Part shown: one piece after another, positions 9,074 through 18,268 of the stretch
How the letters are laid out: each line of letters starts with the position of its first letter
Position numbering within the stretch: position 1 is the first letter of the stretch
Source: an uncultured Chloroflexia bacterium
GTDB taxonomy: Bacteria > Chloroflexota > Limnocylindria > Limnocylindrales > CSP1-4
Assembly: GCA_963734535.1 (NCBI GenBank)
Contig: CAVTHS010000007.1
Coordinates: 192,001-256,000, forward strand
Direction of reading: 5' to 3'
Length of the DNA stretch: 64,000 nt
Notes under the pieces: generated by a model
Database searches by the model: none
What the model was told of the DNA's origin: nothing
Seen by the model: the letters and a program-made list of their open reading frames with translations, nothing else
Made by a program: the position numbers and the translations under genes

Positions 9074-9145
9074 TATATAGGCTGTCCGCATATATTCAGG
9101 CTACACAGATATGCCGTTACAGCGGCTATCTACCCCGCGCAGATA
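9074..9145. promoter_or_regulatory. AT-rich array of four imperfect TATnn-N9-nnATA palindromes (putative ArsR operators)
   Basis: Units at 9074, 9093, 9110 and 9127, e.g. TATCT-N9-AGATA; lies in the divergent lgt/arsR spacer. Confidence 0.5.
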
Positions 9146-9198
9146 TGCATCGAGAGCACTCCCCGGATCTGCTCGAACCAGGAGGCCCACGCGGCACG

Positions 9199-9579
9199 AT
9201 GGAACGCCAGAGCGCAACGCATGACATCGACGAGCTCCAGGCTTCGATGCTGCGGTCGTTGGCCAGTGCCCACCGCCTTCGGATCCTGCACCTGATCGGC
9301 GCCCAGCCGTGCGAGGTCAACGAGATCGCGCGTGAGCTGGGCCTGAACCAGGCAGCGGCATCGCAGCACCTGGCTGCCATGCGGTCCGTCGGCCTCGTGG
9401 AAGCCATCCGTGACGGGCGGACCGTCCGATATCGCCTCGCCGATCCGCAGATCCTCGCGGCCTGCGAGCTGATGCGCGCGGTCCTCGTGCGCCGGCTCTC
9501 GAGGCTGGGCGACCTGGCCGCGGCGGCCCACGAACCAGCCATCCACATCCTCACAGCCACCGAGGTACCCCACCCGTGA
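9199..9579 (+). CDS. ArsR/SmtB-family repressor
   Basis: 'RLRILHLI', 'ASQHLAAMR..GLV', 'YRLAD'; two Cys (QPCEV, AACEL). Confidence 0.92.
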   Translation: MERQSATHDIDELQASMLRSLASAHRLRILHLIGAQPCEVNEIARELGLNQAAASQHLAAMRSVGLVEAIRDGRTVRYRLADPQILAACELMRAVLVRRLSRLGDLAAAAHEPAIHILTATEVPHP

Positions 9580-9983
9580 GCGATTCGCTGTCACTCGTCC
9601 TCTTCTCCGGCACGGATGACAAGCTCATGGCGGCGGCCACGCTCGCTGCCGGCGCTGCCGCGATGGGGGAGACGGTCAACGTGCTCCTGATGTTCTGGGC
9701 GCTCGACGCGTTCCGAACGGACCGCGTCTCGACCAAGCACGGCCTGGCCTACGACGCGGCACGCCCGCGACCGACCGAGCCGGTCGAGAAGGTCGGCGCA
9801 TTGCCCTGGCTGGAGACGTTCCGCCAGGCCAAGGAGATCGGCGAGATGAACGTCCGGGCCTGCTCCGGCTCGCTCGACACGCTGGGCCTGGACGTGACGG
9901 CGCTGGACCCGATCGTCGACAGCGCCGGCGGGATCGCGTCGTTCCTCATGGCGTCCGAAGGCAGCCAGATCCTCTTCATCTGA
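9576..9983 (+). CDS. DsrE2-like sulfur relay protein
   Basis: 'SLVLFSGTDDKL', 'FWAL', conserved 'RACSGSLD'. Confidence 0.85.
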   Translation: MSDSLSLVLFSGTDDKLMAAATLAAGAAAMGETVNVLLMFWALDAFRTDRVSTKHGLAYDAARPRPTEPVEKVGALPWLETFRQAKEIGEMNVRACSGSLDTLGLDVTALDPIVDSAGGIASFLMASEGSQILFI

Positions 9984-10047
9984 TCGCCGCGGGCGACGAA
10001 CCGCCACCGGCGGACGGATCGCCCCGCGCGACGACAAGGAGCAGCAC

Positions 10048-10431
10048 ATGGCGGACACACAGCAGGCGGACACCCAGAAGCTGGTGTTCATGGTCCTGCA
10101 CGGCCCGGACCATCCCGAGCACGCGACGATCCCGTTCGTGATGGGCTGTGCGGCCCTGGCCTCCGATGTGGAGGTTGTCCTGGGCTTCCAGGCCGAGGGC
10201 GTCGAGCTGGTGCACGCGGGCGTTGCGGACGGCATCCACGCCGCCGGGTTCCCGCCTCTCGCGAAGCTGATGCACGACTACCGGGAGCTCGGTGGGTCAA
10301 TGCTGGTCTGCGGACCGTGCATCAACAGCCGCGGGATCACCGCCGCGGACCTCATCGAGGGCGCCGAGATCGTCGCCGCCGGTCGCTTCGTCGCCGAGAT
10401 CACGTCGGCCACCAACAGCCTCGTCTACTAG
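10048..10431 (+). CDS. dsrE: DsrE-family sulfur relay protein
   Basis: 'ATIPFVMG', 'FQAEGV', 'LVCGPC'; AAGGAG RBS. Confidence 0.88.
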   Translation: MADTQQADTQKLVFMVLHGPDHPEHATIPFVMGCAALASDVEVVLGFQAEGVELVHAGVADGIHAAGFPPLAKLMHDYRELGGSMLVCGPCINSRGITAADLIEGAEIVAAGRFVAEITSATNSLVY

Positions 10432-10444
10432 GGAGTACGGAACC

Positions 10445-10711
10445 ATGTCTGCCATCGCCACCGAGACCGAGCTCGAAGCCATCACCGCCGACAAGATCGT
10501 CGACGCCCGCGGCGCCGCCTGTCCGGGACCGCTCCTCGAGGCCAAGAAGGGCATCGGCACGGTGCCCGTCGGCGCCGTCATCGAGATCTGGTCCAGCGAC
10601 CCGGTCACCAAGAGCGACATCGGGGCGTGGTCCGGGAAGGTCGGCCACGGCTTCCTCGGCGTGCTCGTCGCCGACGGGTACGAGCGGGTCTTCGTGCGTC
10701 GCCAGAAGTAG
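10445..10711 (+). CDS. tusA: TusA/SirA-family sulfur carrier
   Basis: 'DARGAACPGPLLEAKK' (CPxP), 'SSDP...DI..W'. Confidence 0.93.
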   Translation: MSAIATETELEAITADKIVDARGAACPGPLLEAKKGIGTVPVGAVIEIWSSDPVTKSDIGAWSGKVGHGFLGVLVADGYERVFVRRQK

Positions 10712-10723
10712 CCAGCCAAGGAC

Positions 10724-10755
10724 GGCCCGGCGGGCGCAAGCGCATCCGCCGGGCT
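10724..10755 (+). terminator. Intra-operonic stem-loop between tusA and mvhD
   Basis: GCCCGGCGGG pairs with TCCGCCGGGC; no U-tract. Confidence 0.5.
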
Positions 10756-10781
10756 GATCGGAGCCAGGAGCGACCGTCCCA

Positions 10782-11226
10782 ATGACCGCGTCCGCCGCCG
10801 GAGGAGCCCTGCTGGAGGCACCGGCCTTCGTTCCACGGATCCTCGTCTTCTCGACGAACAACATCTCGGACCCGGGCATCGACCTGGCCGGCAGCTCGCA
10901 CATGCACTACACGCCGGGCGTGCATGGTCATGCCGATGCCCTGCACCAGCGGCATCAAGCCCGCCTGGATCGCCCATGCGATCGCGACGGGCTTCGACGG
11001 CGTCTTCGTGGCGTCGGACGGCGACGAATGCGCCTACCTGCCCGACTGCGCTGAGCGCGCCTCGCGAATCATGGCGGAAGCGCAGGCGCTCCTCAAGGCG
11101 GCCGGCCAGTCGCCGCAGCGGCTGAAGATGGCGGCAATCTGCTCGGTCTGCGCCGAGCCGTTCACCCGGCAGGTGACGCAGTTCGCCCAGGCGCTCGCCG
11201 CCCTCGGGCCCTCGGGGGTGCGCTGA
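10782..11226 (+). CDS. mvhD: MvhD/FlpD-like Fe-S subunit (split by +1 frameshift near 10923)
   Basis: 'PRILVF...DLAGSSHMHY' joins 'MPCTSGIKP...GFDGVFV...PQRL' in the next frame. Confidence 0.8.
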
Positions 11227-11229
11227 GCC

Positions 11230-13950
11230 ATGGACTATGACGTTCTCGTCGTCGGCAGCGGCATCGGGGGCATGGAATCCGCCCTGAAGCTCGGCGACAT
11301 GGGGTTCAAGGTTCTCGTCGTGGAACGCGAAGCGAGCGTGGGCGGGAAGATGATCCTGCTCAGCAAGGTGTTCCCCACGCTCGACTGCGCCAGCTGCATC
11401 TCGACGCCGAAGATGGCGGCCACGATCCACCACCCGAACATCACGACGTACACGTACAGCGAGATCGACGGGATCGAGCCCCACGGCGACGGTCGCTTCC
11501 GGGCCCGCATCACGCGCAAGGCGCGCTTCGTGGACGAGTCGGCCTGCACCGGCTGCCAGAAGTGCGAGATGGCCTGCACGGTTGCCGTGCCGGACCAGTT
11601 CAACGCCGACCTGGTGGCGCGCCGCGCCGCCTACATCGCGTTCCCCCAGGCCGTCCCGAAGAAGGCGGTCATCGACCGCGCCGGCAGCTCGCCCTGCTCG
11701 TATGCATGCCCCGCCGGGATCCAGGCGCACGGCTACGTCTCCCTCGTCCGCAGCGGGGAGTACGAGAAGGCGTACCGGCTGGTGCTCGAGGCGACCCCCC
11801 TGGTCGGGACCCTCGGTCGCGCCTGCTATGCGCCCTGCGAGACCGAGTGCACCCGCGGCTCCCTCGAGGGAACGCTCCCGATCCGCCTCCTGAAGCGGTT
11901 CGCCTCCGACCGCCACGACGAGACGGCGGACGGCCCCGGCATCGAGGTCGCCGAACCGAACGGCCGGAAGGTCGCGGTCGTGGGCTCCGGCCCCGCGGGC
12001 CTCACCGCGGCCTGGCAGCTTGCTCGCCGCGGCTACGCCGTGAAGATCTTCGAGGCCGCCCCGGAGCCGGGCGGGTTCCTTCGCCTCGCAATCCCGTCCT
12101 ACCGCCTCCCGATCGAGGTGGTCGAGCGCGACATCGACAACGTCCGGGCCATCGGCGTGGAGATCGCCACGAACAGCCCGGTCCGGGACGTGGCCGCCCT
12201 CAAGGAGGCCGGCTTCGACGCGGTCCTCCTGGCGACGGGCACCCCGCGCTCGACCGGCATCGGGGTTCCCGGCGAGGATCGCCTCGGCGTCTTCGGCGGC
12301 ACCGACTTCCTGCGCAAGGTGAAGCTCGGCCAGCCGATGGACCTTACCGGCAAGCGGGTGGTCGTGATCGGCGGCGGCAATGTCGCGATGGACACCGCCC
12401 GGACGGCTCGCCGCCTTGGTGCCGCGTCCGTGACCGTGGCGTACCGGCGCGGCCGCGCGGAGATGCCGGCCCACCACGTCGAGGCCGACGACGCCGAGCG
12501 GGAGGGCGTGGCCTTCAGCTTCCAGGTCGCCCCGGCCGAGGTCCTCGGCGACGAGCACGGCGCGGTGAGCGGCCTGCGCTGCATCCGCATGACGCTCGGC
12601 GCCCCGGACGCGTCCGGCCGGCGCCGCCCCGAGCCGGTCCCGGGCAGCGAGTTCGTGCTTCCCTGCGAGATCGTCGTCGGGGCCATCGGCATGACCGCCG
12701 ACACCGGCGCGTTCGCGAACCACATCGCGACGAAGGCGAATGGCACGCTCGAGGCCGACGCGACGTCCCGCCAGACCGGCCTGCCGTACGTCTTCGCCGC
12801 CGGCGACGTGGTCAACGGGGCGACCGACATCACGCGCGCCGTCGGTGAGGGTCGCCGCGCCGCCCACATGATCGATCGCTGGTTGACCGGCGGGACGCTC
12901 GACGGGTTCGACGACCGGCTGCCGGTGGTCGACAAGGCGCAGGTCGTCGCCCGTCAGAAGGCCTACTCGCTCCGGGCCGCGCTGCCCAACGGGACGACCC
13001 TGGTTTCGAACCCGGCCGACTTCTCCGAGGTGGAGGCCCCGCTGACGGAGGCGGAGGCGCGCGGGGCCGCGGGCCGCTGTCTCGACTGCGCGGTGTGCAG
13101 CGAGTGCGGGGAGTGCGTCGATGCCTGCCCGGTCGACGGGTGCATCGATCTCCATGCCCGCGACGAGAAGCTCGAGGTCGAGGTCGGCGCCGTGGTGGTC
13201 GCCACGGGGTTCAAGCTCTTCGCGGCCGACCTGAAGCCCCAGTACGGCTTCGGGACATACAAGAACGTCATCACGGGCATGCAGATGGACCGCCTGCTGG
13301 CGCCGACGCGGCCCTTCAACACGATCCTGCGCCCCGGCGACGGCAAGGTCCCCGAGCGGATCGCCTACGTGCTGTGCACGGGCTCCCGCGACGAGACGGT
13401 GAACAACCCGCTCTGCTCGCGGTTCTGCTGCATGTACTCGATCAAGCAGAACCAGCTGCTGATGGGCGCGCTCCCGCTCGCGGACGTGACGGTCCACTAC
13501 ATGGACATCCGGGCCGCGGGCAAGCGCTACAACGAGTTCTACGAGCAGGCGAAGTCCATGGGCGCCACCTACGTCAAGGGGAGGGTGGCGAAGATCACCG
13601 AGAAGGACGACGGCAACCTGGTCCTGCGTTACGAGGACATCGAGAATGGCGGGAAGCTCGTCGAGGCGGAGTACGACCTGGTCGTGCTCGCGGTCGGCGT
13701 GCAGCCCAACAGCGACGCGGAGGGCCTCTTCCCGGCCGGCGACCTTGCCGTGGACGAGTTCCGCTATGTCGCGGAACCGAACGAGGACCTCGATCCGGGT
13801 GCGACCAGCATCCCCGGGGTCTACGTGGCCGGCGCCGCCTCCGGTGCCAAGGACATCGCCGACTCGATCCTCCACGCGGGATCCACGGCGGCCCAGGTGG
13901 CGGCGCATCTCGAGCGCGCCCGCCTCGAGAAGGCAGGGGTGCCGGCATGA
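11230..13950 (+). CDS. hdrA: HdrA-like flavoprotein with inserted GltD/NfnB-type NAD(P)H module (HdrL-like)
   Basis: HdrA motifs 'KVFPTLDCASC', 'CTGSRD', 'CSRFCCMYSIK', 'KDIADSI'; insert with 'CSYACP', 'LGRACYAPCETEC', 'GSGPAG', 'GGGNVAMD', 'YRR'. Confidence 0.9.
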   Translation: MDYDVLVVGSGIGGMESALKLGDMGFKVLVVEREASVGGKMILLSKVFPTLDCASCISTPKMAATIHHPNITTYTYSEIDGIEPHGDGRFRARITRKARFVDESACTGCQKCEMACTVAVPDQFNADLVARRAAYIAFPQAVPKKAVIDRAGSSPCSYACPAGIQAHGYVSLVRSGEYEKAYRLVLEATPLVGTLGRACYAPCETECTRGSLEGTLPIRLLKRFASDRHDETADGPGIEVAEPNGRKVAVVGSGPAGLTAAWQLARRGYAVKIFEAAPEPGGFLRLAIPSYRLPIEVVERDIDNVRAIGVEIATNSPVRDVAALKEAGFDAVLLATGTPRSTGIGVPGEDRLGVFGGTDFLRKVKLGQPMDLTGKRVVVIGGGNVAMDTARTARRLGAASVTVAYRRGRAEMPAHHVEADDAEREGVAFSFQVAPAEVLGDEHGAVSGLRCIRMTLGAPDASGRRRPEPVPGSEFVLPCEIVVGAIGMTADTGAFANHIATKANGTLEADATSRQTGLPYVFAAGDVVNGATDITRAVGEGRRAAHMIDRWLTGGTLDGFDDRLPVVDKAQVVARQKAYSLRAALPNGTTLVSNPADFSEVEAPLTEAEARGAAGRCLDCAVCSECGECVDACPVDGCIDLHARDEKLEVEVGAVVVATGFKLFAADLKPQYGFGTYKNVITGMQMDRLLAPTRPFNTILRPGDGKVPERIAYVLCTGSRDETVNNPLCSRFCCMYSIKQNQLLMGALPLADVTVHYMDIRAAGKRYNEFYEQAKSMGATYVKGRVAKITEKDDGNLVLRYEDIENGGKLVEAEYDLVVLAVGVQPNSDAEGLFPAGDLAVDEFRYVAEPNEDLDPGATSIPGVYVAGAASGAKDIADSILHAGSTAAQVAAHLERARLEKAGVPA

Positions 13951-15747
13951 GCCAGCCGGAGCTCGATGGCGCGGTCCCCGGCGCAGCCCCCGTCCCCGGT
14001 GAGGCTGTCCCCGGGGCGCGTCGGATCGGCGTCTACGTCTGCCATTGCGGCGGAAACATCTCCGACTACGTTGACGTCGCGAAGGTCGTCGAGTCCGTCC
14101 AGGGAGATGGCGACGTCGCCATCGCGCGGACGGCCATGTTCGCCTGCTCCGATGCCTCCCAGCAGGACATGATCGACGACATCCAGCAGAACAACCTCGA
14201 CGGCCTGGTCGTGGCCTCGTGCTCGCCCAAGCTCCACACGTTCACGTTCCGGGCGGTCGCCACGCGCGCCGGGCTCAACCCCTACGAGTACTCGCAGGTC
14301 AACATCCGCGAGCAGTGCTCCTGGATCCACAGCGACGACCGACCGGGCGCGACCACGAAGGCCATCGGTCTCGTGGAGGCGGGGATCGCCCGAACGCGCC
14401 TGACCGAGCCCCTGGTGCCGATCGTGGTGGAGACCACGCCGAAGACCCTCGTCATCGGTGGCGGGATCGCGGGGCTCCGGGCGGCCGTCGGGCTCGCCGA
14501 CATCGGTCTCGAGGTCGTGGTGGTCGAACGCGAGCTGACACTGGGCGGCTGGGTGGGCCGCTTCGGCGAGATGTACCCGCACGGCAAGGACGGTCGCACC
14601 CTCATTGCCGGCCTCGTAGCCGAGGTCAAGAAGCGGCCGGCCATCACCGTGCTGACGGGTGCCGACGTCGTCGGGAAATCGGGGAGCTTCGGTAACTACG
14701 ACGTCGAGGTGCGCGTCGGCGGCCCCGGCGCGGGAAGCATCTCCGTTCGCGTCGGCTCGATCATCGTCGCCACGGGCTTCGACTCCTACCAGCCCGACGC
14801 CGGCGAGTTCGGCTACGGCATCGACGGCGTCCTGACGCTGCCCGAGTTCACGGACCTGCTCGATCGCTCGACCGGCCCGCTCGTCCACAACGGGAAGACG
14901 GTCCGCAGCGTCGTCTACGTCTACTGCGTGGGCAGTCGCCAGCCGTCCGACGGTGAGGGTGCCAACGAGTACTGCTCGCGCTTCTGCTGCACGGCCGCGG
15001 TCCACGCGTCCGTCCGGGCCGCCGGCCTCGACGCGACCGCCCGCCAGTACCACCTCTACCGCGACATCCGCACGTACGGCAAGTACGAGACCATCTACAC
15101 GGAGTCGCGCGAGCTGGGCTCGGTCTACCTGAAGTTCCCCGACGACGAGCCCCCCGCCGTGGCCCTGGGCGAGGATGGCCGGCTGGTCGTCACGGCTCGC
15201 GACCTCCTCACCGGGGGCGAGGAGCTGGCGATCCCGGCAGACCTCGTGGTCCTCGTGACGGGCATGGTCCCCCGGAAGAACGACGATCTGGTGGGCGTTC
15301 TCAAGCTCCCGCTGGGATCGGACGGCTTCTTCAACGAGATCCATCCCAAGCTGCGGCCGGTCGAGACCGTCGTGGGCGGGGTCCTGATCGCCGGTGCGTG
15401 CCAGGGACCGAAGTCCTCGTCCGAGAGCGTCGCCTCCGGCCTGGCAGCGGTCACCCAGAGCGCGGCGATCCTGCGCAAGGGCTTCGCAGAGCTCGATCCG
15501 CTCGTCGCGACCGTGACACACGGATGCCTGCACGGCCTGCGGGAAGTGCCTCGAGGCGTGTCCGTACGGCGCGATCGGGATGACCGGCCTGGATGGCCGC
15601 GAGGTCGCCGCGATCAGCCAGACGGGCTGCAAGGGCTGCGGCGGATGCGTCCCGGTCTGCCCGGAGGATGCGATCGACCTGCGCGGCTACACGGACGCCC
15701 AGATCCGGGACCAGATCGACCGCATGCTGGAGGTTCCGGTCGCATGA
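13947..15747 (+). CDS. hdrA: Second HdrA-like subunit with C-terminal 2[4Fe-4S] domain (+1 frameshift near 15517)
   Basis: 'IGVYVCHCGGNI', 'ASCSPKLH', 'NIREQCSW', 'HPKLRPVET'; shifted frame gives 'CTACGKCLEACP' and 'CKGCGGCVPVCP', stop at 15747. Confidence 0.9.
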
Positions 15748-15986
15748 GCACGCAGAGCAGGGAGGTCCGCGAGGTCGTCCGCGACGAGCCCGTCATGCGG
15801 GCACGCATCCTGGCGGCCGTTGCGGATGGGCCGCGAACCGTGCCCGAGATCGCGCGTGCGATCGGGAGCCCGACCCACGAGGTTGTGTTCTGGGTGATGG
15901 GGATGCGCCGCTACGGCTGGCTGCGCGAGGTCAAGGCACCCGCCGAAGACGGCTATTTCCGATACCAGGCGGAGGAGCGAGCATGA
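15744..15986 (+). CDS. Small winged-helix-like protein inside the Hdr operon
   Basis: 'ILAAVADGPRTVPEIARAIG...MRRYG...GYFRY'; ATGA overlaps with both neighbours. Confidence 0.75.
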   Translation: MSTQSREVREVVRDEPVMRARILAAVADGPRTVPEIARAIGSPTHEVVFWVMGMRRYGWLREVKAPAEDGYFRYQAEERA

Positions 15987-17173
15987 CCGCGCAGGTTGAC
16001 CTGGGGCTCTACGGCGCGCTCCAGAAGTTCGGCGCGGCCGATGTCTCGGCCTGCTTCTCCTGCGGGACGTGCACGGCGACGTGTCCGCTGGTCACCGACG
16101 ACGCCACGTTCCCGCGGCGGATGATCCGCTACGCCCAGGTGGGCCTGCGCGACAAGCTGTTGTCGAGCAAGGAGCTCTGGACGTGCTACGCCTGCGGCGA
16201 GTGCTCCGAGACCTGCCCCACGCAGGCCGAGCCCAGCGAGTTCATGGCCGCCGCCCGGCGCTACGCCATCGGCAGCTACGACCGGACCGGCCTGGCACGG
16301 ACGATGTACACGCGGCCGGTGCTCGGGACCGTCATCGCGGTCTTCCTCGCGGCATTCTTCGCACTATTCATGGCATCGGGCAACGGGGTCCAGGCCACCG
16401 GATCGCTCGATCTCTTCGCGTTCGTGCCAGAGGACCTGATCCATACCACCGGCATCATCGTGATGGCGATCGTCGGGCTGGCCGGTCTCGCCGGCATCGT
16501 CACGATGGCACGCCAGGTCGGCCGTGCCGAAGGCATCGGCTGGCGCACGGTCGCCGGCAGCCGGGCGGCAATCGGACGCTCCCTGGGTGCGGCCTGGGAG
16601 GCGATCGGGATCGAGTCGCTGGGCCAGCGCCGATACCGCGCCGACTGCGACGCGGACAAGGCGGTGGTCCCCCTCTACCGCCGCCGCTGGCTCCTGCACG
16701 CGGTCACGATGTGGGGCTTCCTGGGGCTCTTTGCCGCGACGATCCTCGACTACGGCCTCGCGCTGGCGGGGATCAAGGCGACCGGGACGCCGGTCCCGAT
16801 CTGGTACCCCGTGCGCCTGCTGGGCACGATCGCCGGGCTGATGCTCGTGTACGGCACCAGCGTGCTCATCATCGACCGGGTCCGGCGCGTCAGCAGGTCG
16901 GTCGCCCACTCGAGCCCGGCCGACTGGACGCTGCTCGCACTCCTCTGGATCACGGGCGTGACGGGGTTCGCCCTTGAGCTGGCGCTCTATCTCCCGGCGG
17001 CGCCCGCGTGGGGCTACTGGGTCTTCCTCTTCCACGTGGCGGTGGCAATGGAGCTCGTGCTGCTCGCCCCGTTCATGAAGCTCGCGCACGTGCTCTACCG
17101 GCCCGTGGCGCTCTTCTTCTTCGCCCTCGCTCGGACGCCCGAGCACCTCGATCGTCAAGGAGGCACGAGATGA
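15983..17173 (+). CDS. QmoC-like membrane protein (HdrC-type dicluster plus heme-b-type TM domain)
   Basis: 'CFSCGTCTATCP', 'CYACGECSETCP', then about 6 TM helices with 'H...WGF', 'H......L..PFMKLAH..YRP'. Confidence 0.85.
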   Translation: MTAQVDLGLYGALQKFGAADVSACFSCGTCTATCPLVTDDATFPRRMIRYAQVGLRDKLLSSKELWTCYACGECSETCPTQAEPSEFMAAARRYAIGSYDRTGLARTMYTRPVLGTVIAVFLAAFFALFMASGNGVQATGSLDLFAFVPEDLIHTTGIIVMAIVGLAGLAGIVTMARQVGRAEGIGWRTVAGSRAAIGRSLGAAWEAIGIESLGQRRYRADCDADKAVVPLYRRRWLLHAVTMWGFLGLFAATILDYGLALAGIKATGTPVPIWYPVRLLGTIAGLMLVYGTSVLIIDRVRRVSRSVAHSSPADWTLLALLWITGVTGFALELALYLPAAPAWGYWVFLFHVAVAMELVLLAPFMKLAHVLYRPVALFFFALARTPEHLDRQGGTR

Positions 17174-17664
17174 CCGCCAGCCTGGAAACCATGGCCCACG
17201 TGCACAGCGAGCACCTGCTGCACGAGATCGACCGCCTGCCCGAGACCGGCGACATGGTGGCGACCGCGTCGCCGGCGGACCTCCGTGCGCGCCTCGACGA
17301 GACGCACGCCTTCCTGGCGGAGGTCCTGATCCCGCACATGGAGGCCGCCGAGCGCGCCCTTTACCCGGAGCTCGAGCGGATGTTCCAGAACGTCCACTCG
17401 ATGGCGCCCCTGCGCCGCGAGCACGGCGTGATCCGCCAGTCGACCGCCGAGCTGGCGAAGGTGCGCGAGCATCTCGGCGAGAGCCGGATCTCGATCGGCC
17501 AGTCGATCGCCCTGCGGCGGGTGATCTTCCGCCTCTACGCGCTCCTCAAGGTGCATCTCGCCGAGGAGCAGGTCTACCTCGACATCCTCGACCGGCGCGA
17601 GGCGCCGGAGATGGCCGAGGCGCTCGCGGCGGCCATGGCGCACCCGGGAAGCCCGCAGGCCTGA
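17170..17664 (+). CDS. Hemerythrin (HHE) domain protein
   Basis: 'LIPHMEAAE', 'EH', 'HLAEEQVY'; paralogue of 1422-1925. Confidence 0.85.
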   Translation: MTASLETMAHVHSEHLLHEIDRLPETGDMVATASPADLRARLDETHAFLAEVLIPHMEAAERALYPELERMFQNVHSMAPLRREHGVIRQSTAELAKVREHLGESRISIGQSIALRRVIFRLYALLKVHLAEEQVYLDILDRREAPEMAEALAAAMAHPGSPQA

Positions 17665-17755
17665 AACCGGGCGCCACGGGAGGCGCCGCTCATCGGGGGG
17701 ACGCGGGCCGGCCTCGCTTCGACGATACCGGCGTCCCGCCCGGAGAGGGCGTGTG

Positions 17756-18187
17756 CTACGCGACGGCTGCCCGTTCGCGGGAGGGCATGAGGCCGAGCTG
17801 GAGCATCATCCCCAGCTGGTCCGCGATGCCCCAGTGCTCGACGACGCGGCCGTCCTCGAAACGGACGATGTCGATGACGTCGATCTCCACGGGCCTGCCG
17901 CTTGGCGGGTTGCCCATCACGGACCCGGTGTTGACGCCCCGCGCGCGGTTGCGCGCCCACACGAAGTCGCCGGCGACGGCGAGATCCTCGATCGTGAGGC
18001 TGAAATCCGACATCCAGCGATGGAGCGTGCGGATGACCTCCTTTGTGCCGTCCACGCCCGAGCGGTTGCCACGCTGGTGCTCCACGCATTCCGGGGAGAC
18101 AAGCTCGTCGACCACGTCCAGGTTCCCGCCCGTGAATCCCTCCTCGATCAGCCTGCGGAATCGCTCCACGTTGCTGCTGCCGGACAT
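17756..18187 (-). CDS. SnoaL-like ester cyclase
   Basis: 'GNPPSGRPVEIDVIDIVRFEDGRVVEHWG..DQLGMMLQLG'. Confidence 0.9.
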   Translation of the reverse strand: MSGSSNVERFRRLIEEGFTGGNLDVVDELVSPECVEHQRGNRSGVDGTKEVIRTLHRWMSDFSLTIEDLAVAGDFVWARNRARGVNTGSVMGNPPSGRPVEIDVIDIVRFEDGRVVEHWGIADQLGMMLQLGLMPSRERAAVA

Positions 18188-18226
18188 CTCGTCCCCCCAT
18201 CTTCTCGCCTGCGTCCTGATCGTTAG

Positions 18227-18264
18227 ATAGAGTCACACTCTATTGAGATGGAGTGATACTCTAT
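18227..18264. promoter_or_regulatory. Twin TetR operators
   Basis: ATAGAGT-CAC-ACTCTAT (18227-18243) and ATGGAGT-GAT-ACTCTAT (18248-18264) between divergent genes. Confidence 0.75.
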
Positions 18265-18268
18265 CGAC

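Noticed and set aside
10297-13908. 1203-aa antisense ORF and other long shadow ORFs (e.g. 22783-25494, 37354-39144)
   Set aside because: They mirror well-supported genes on the opposite strand, which is expected in very GC-rich DNA; they are Arg/Gly/Ala-rich with no recognisable motifs.
9576-15747. Selenocysteine read-through in DsrE, MvhD or HdrA
   Set aside because: No in-frame TGA at Cys positions; the breaks are frameshifts and the stops fall at normal C-termini.
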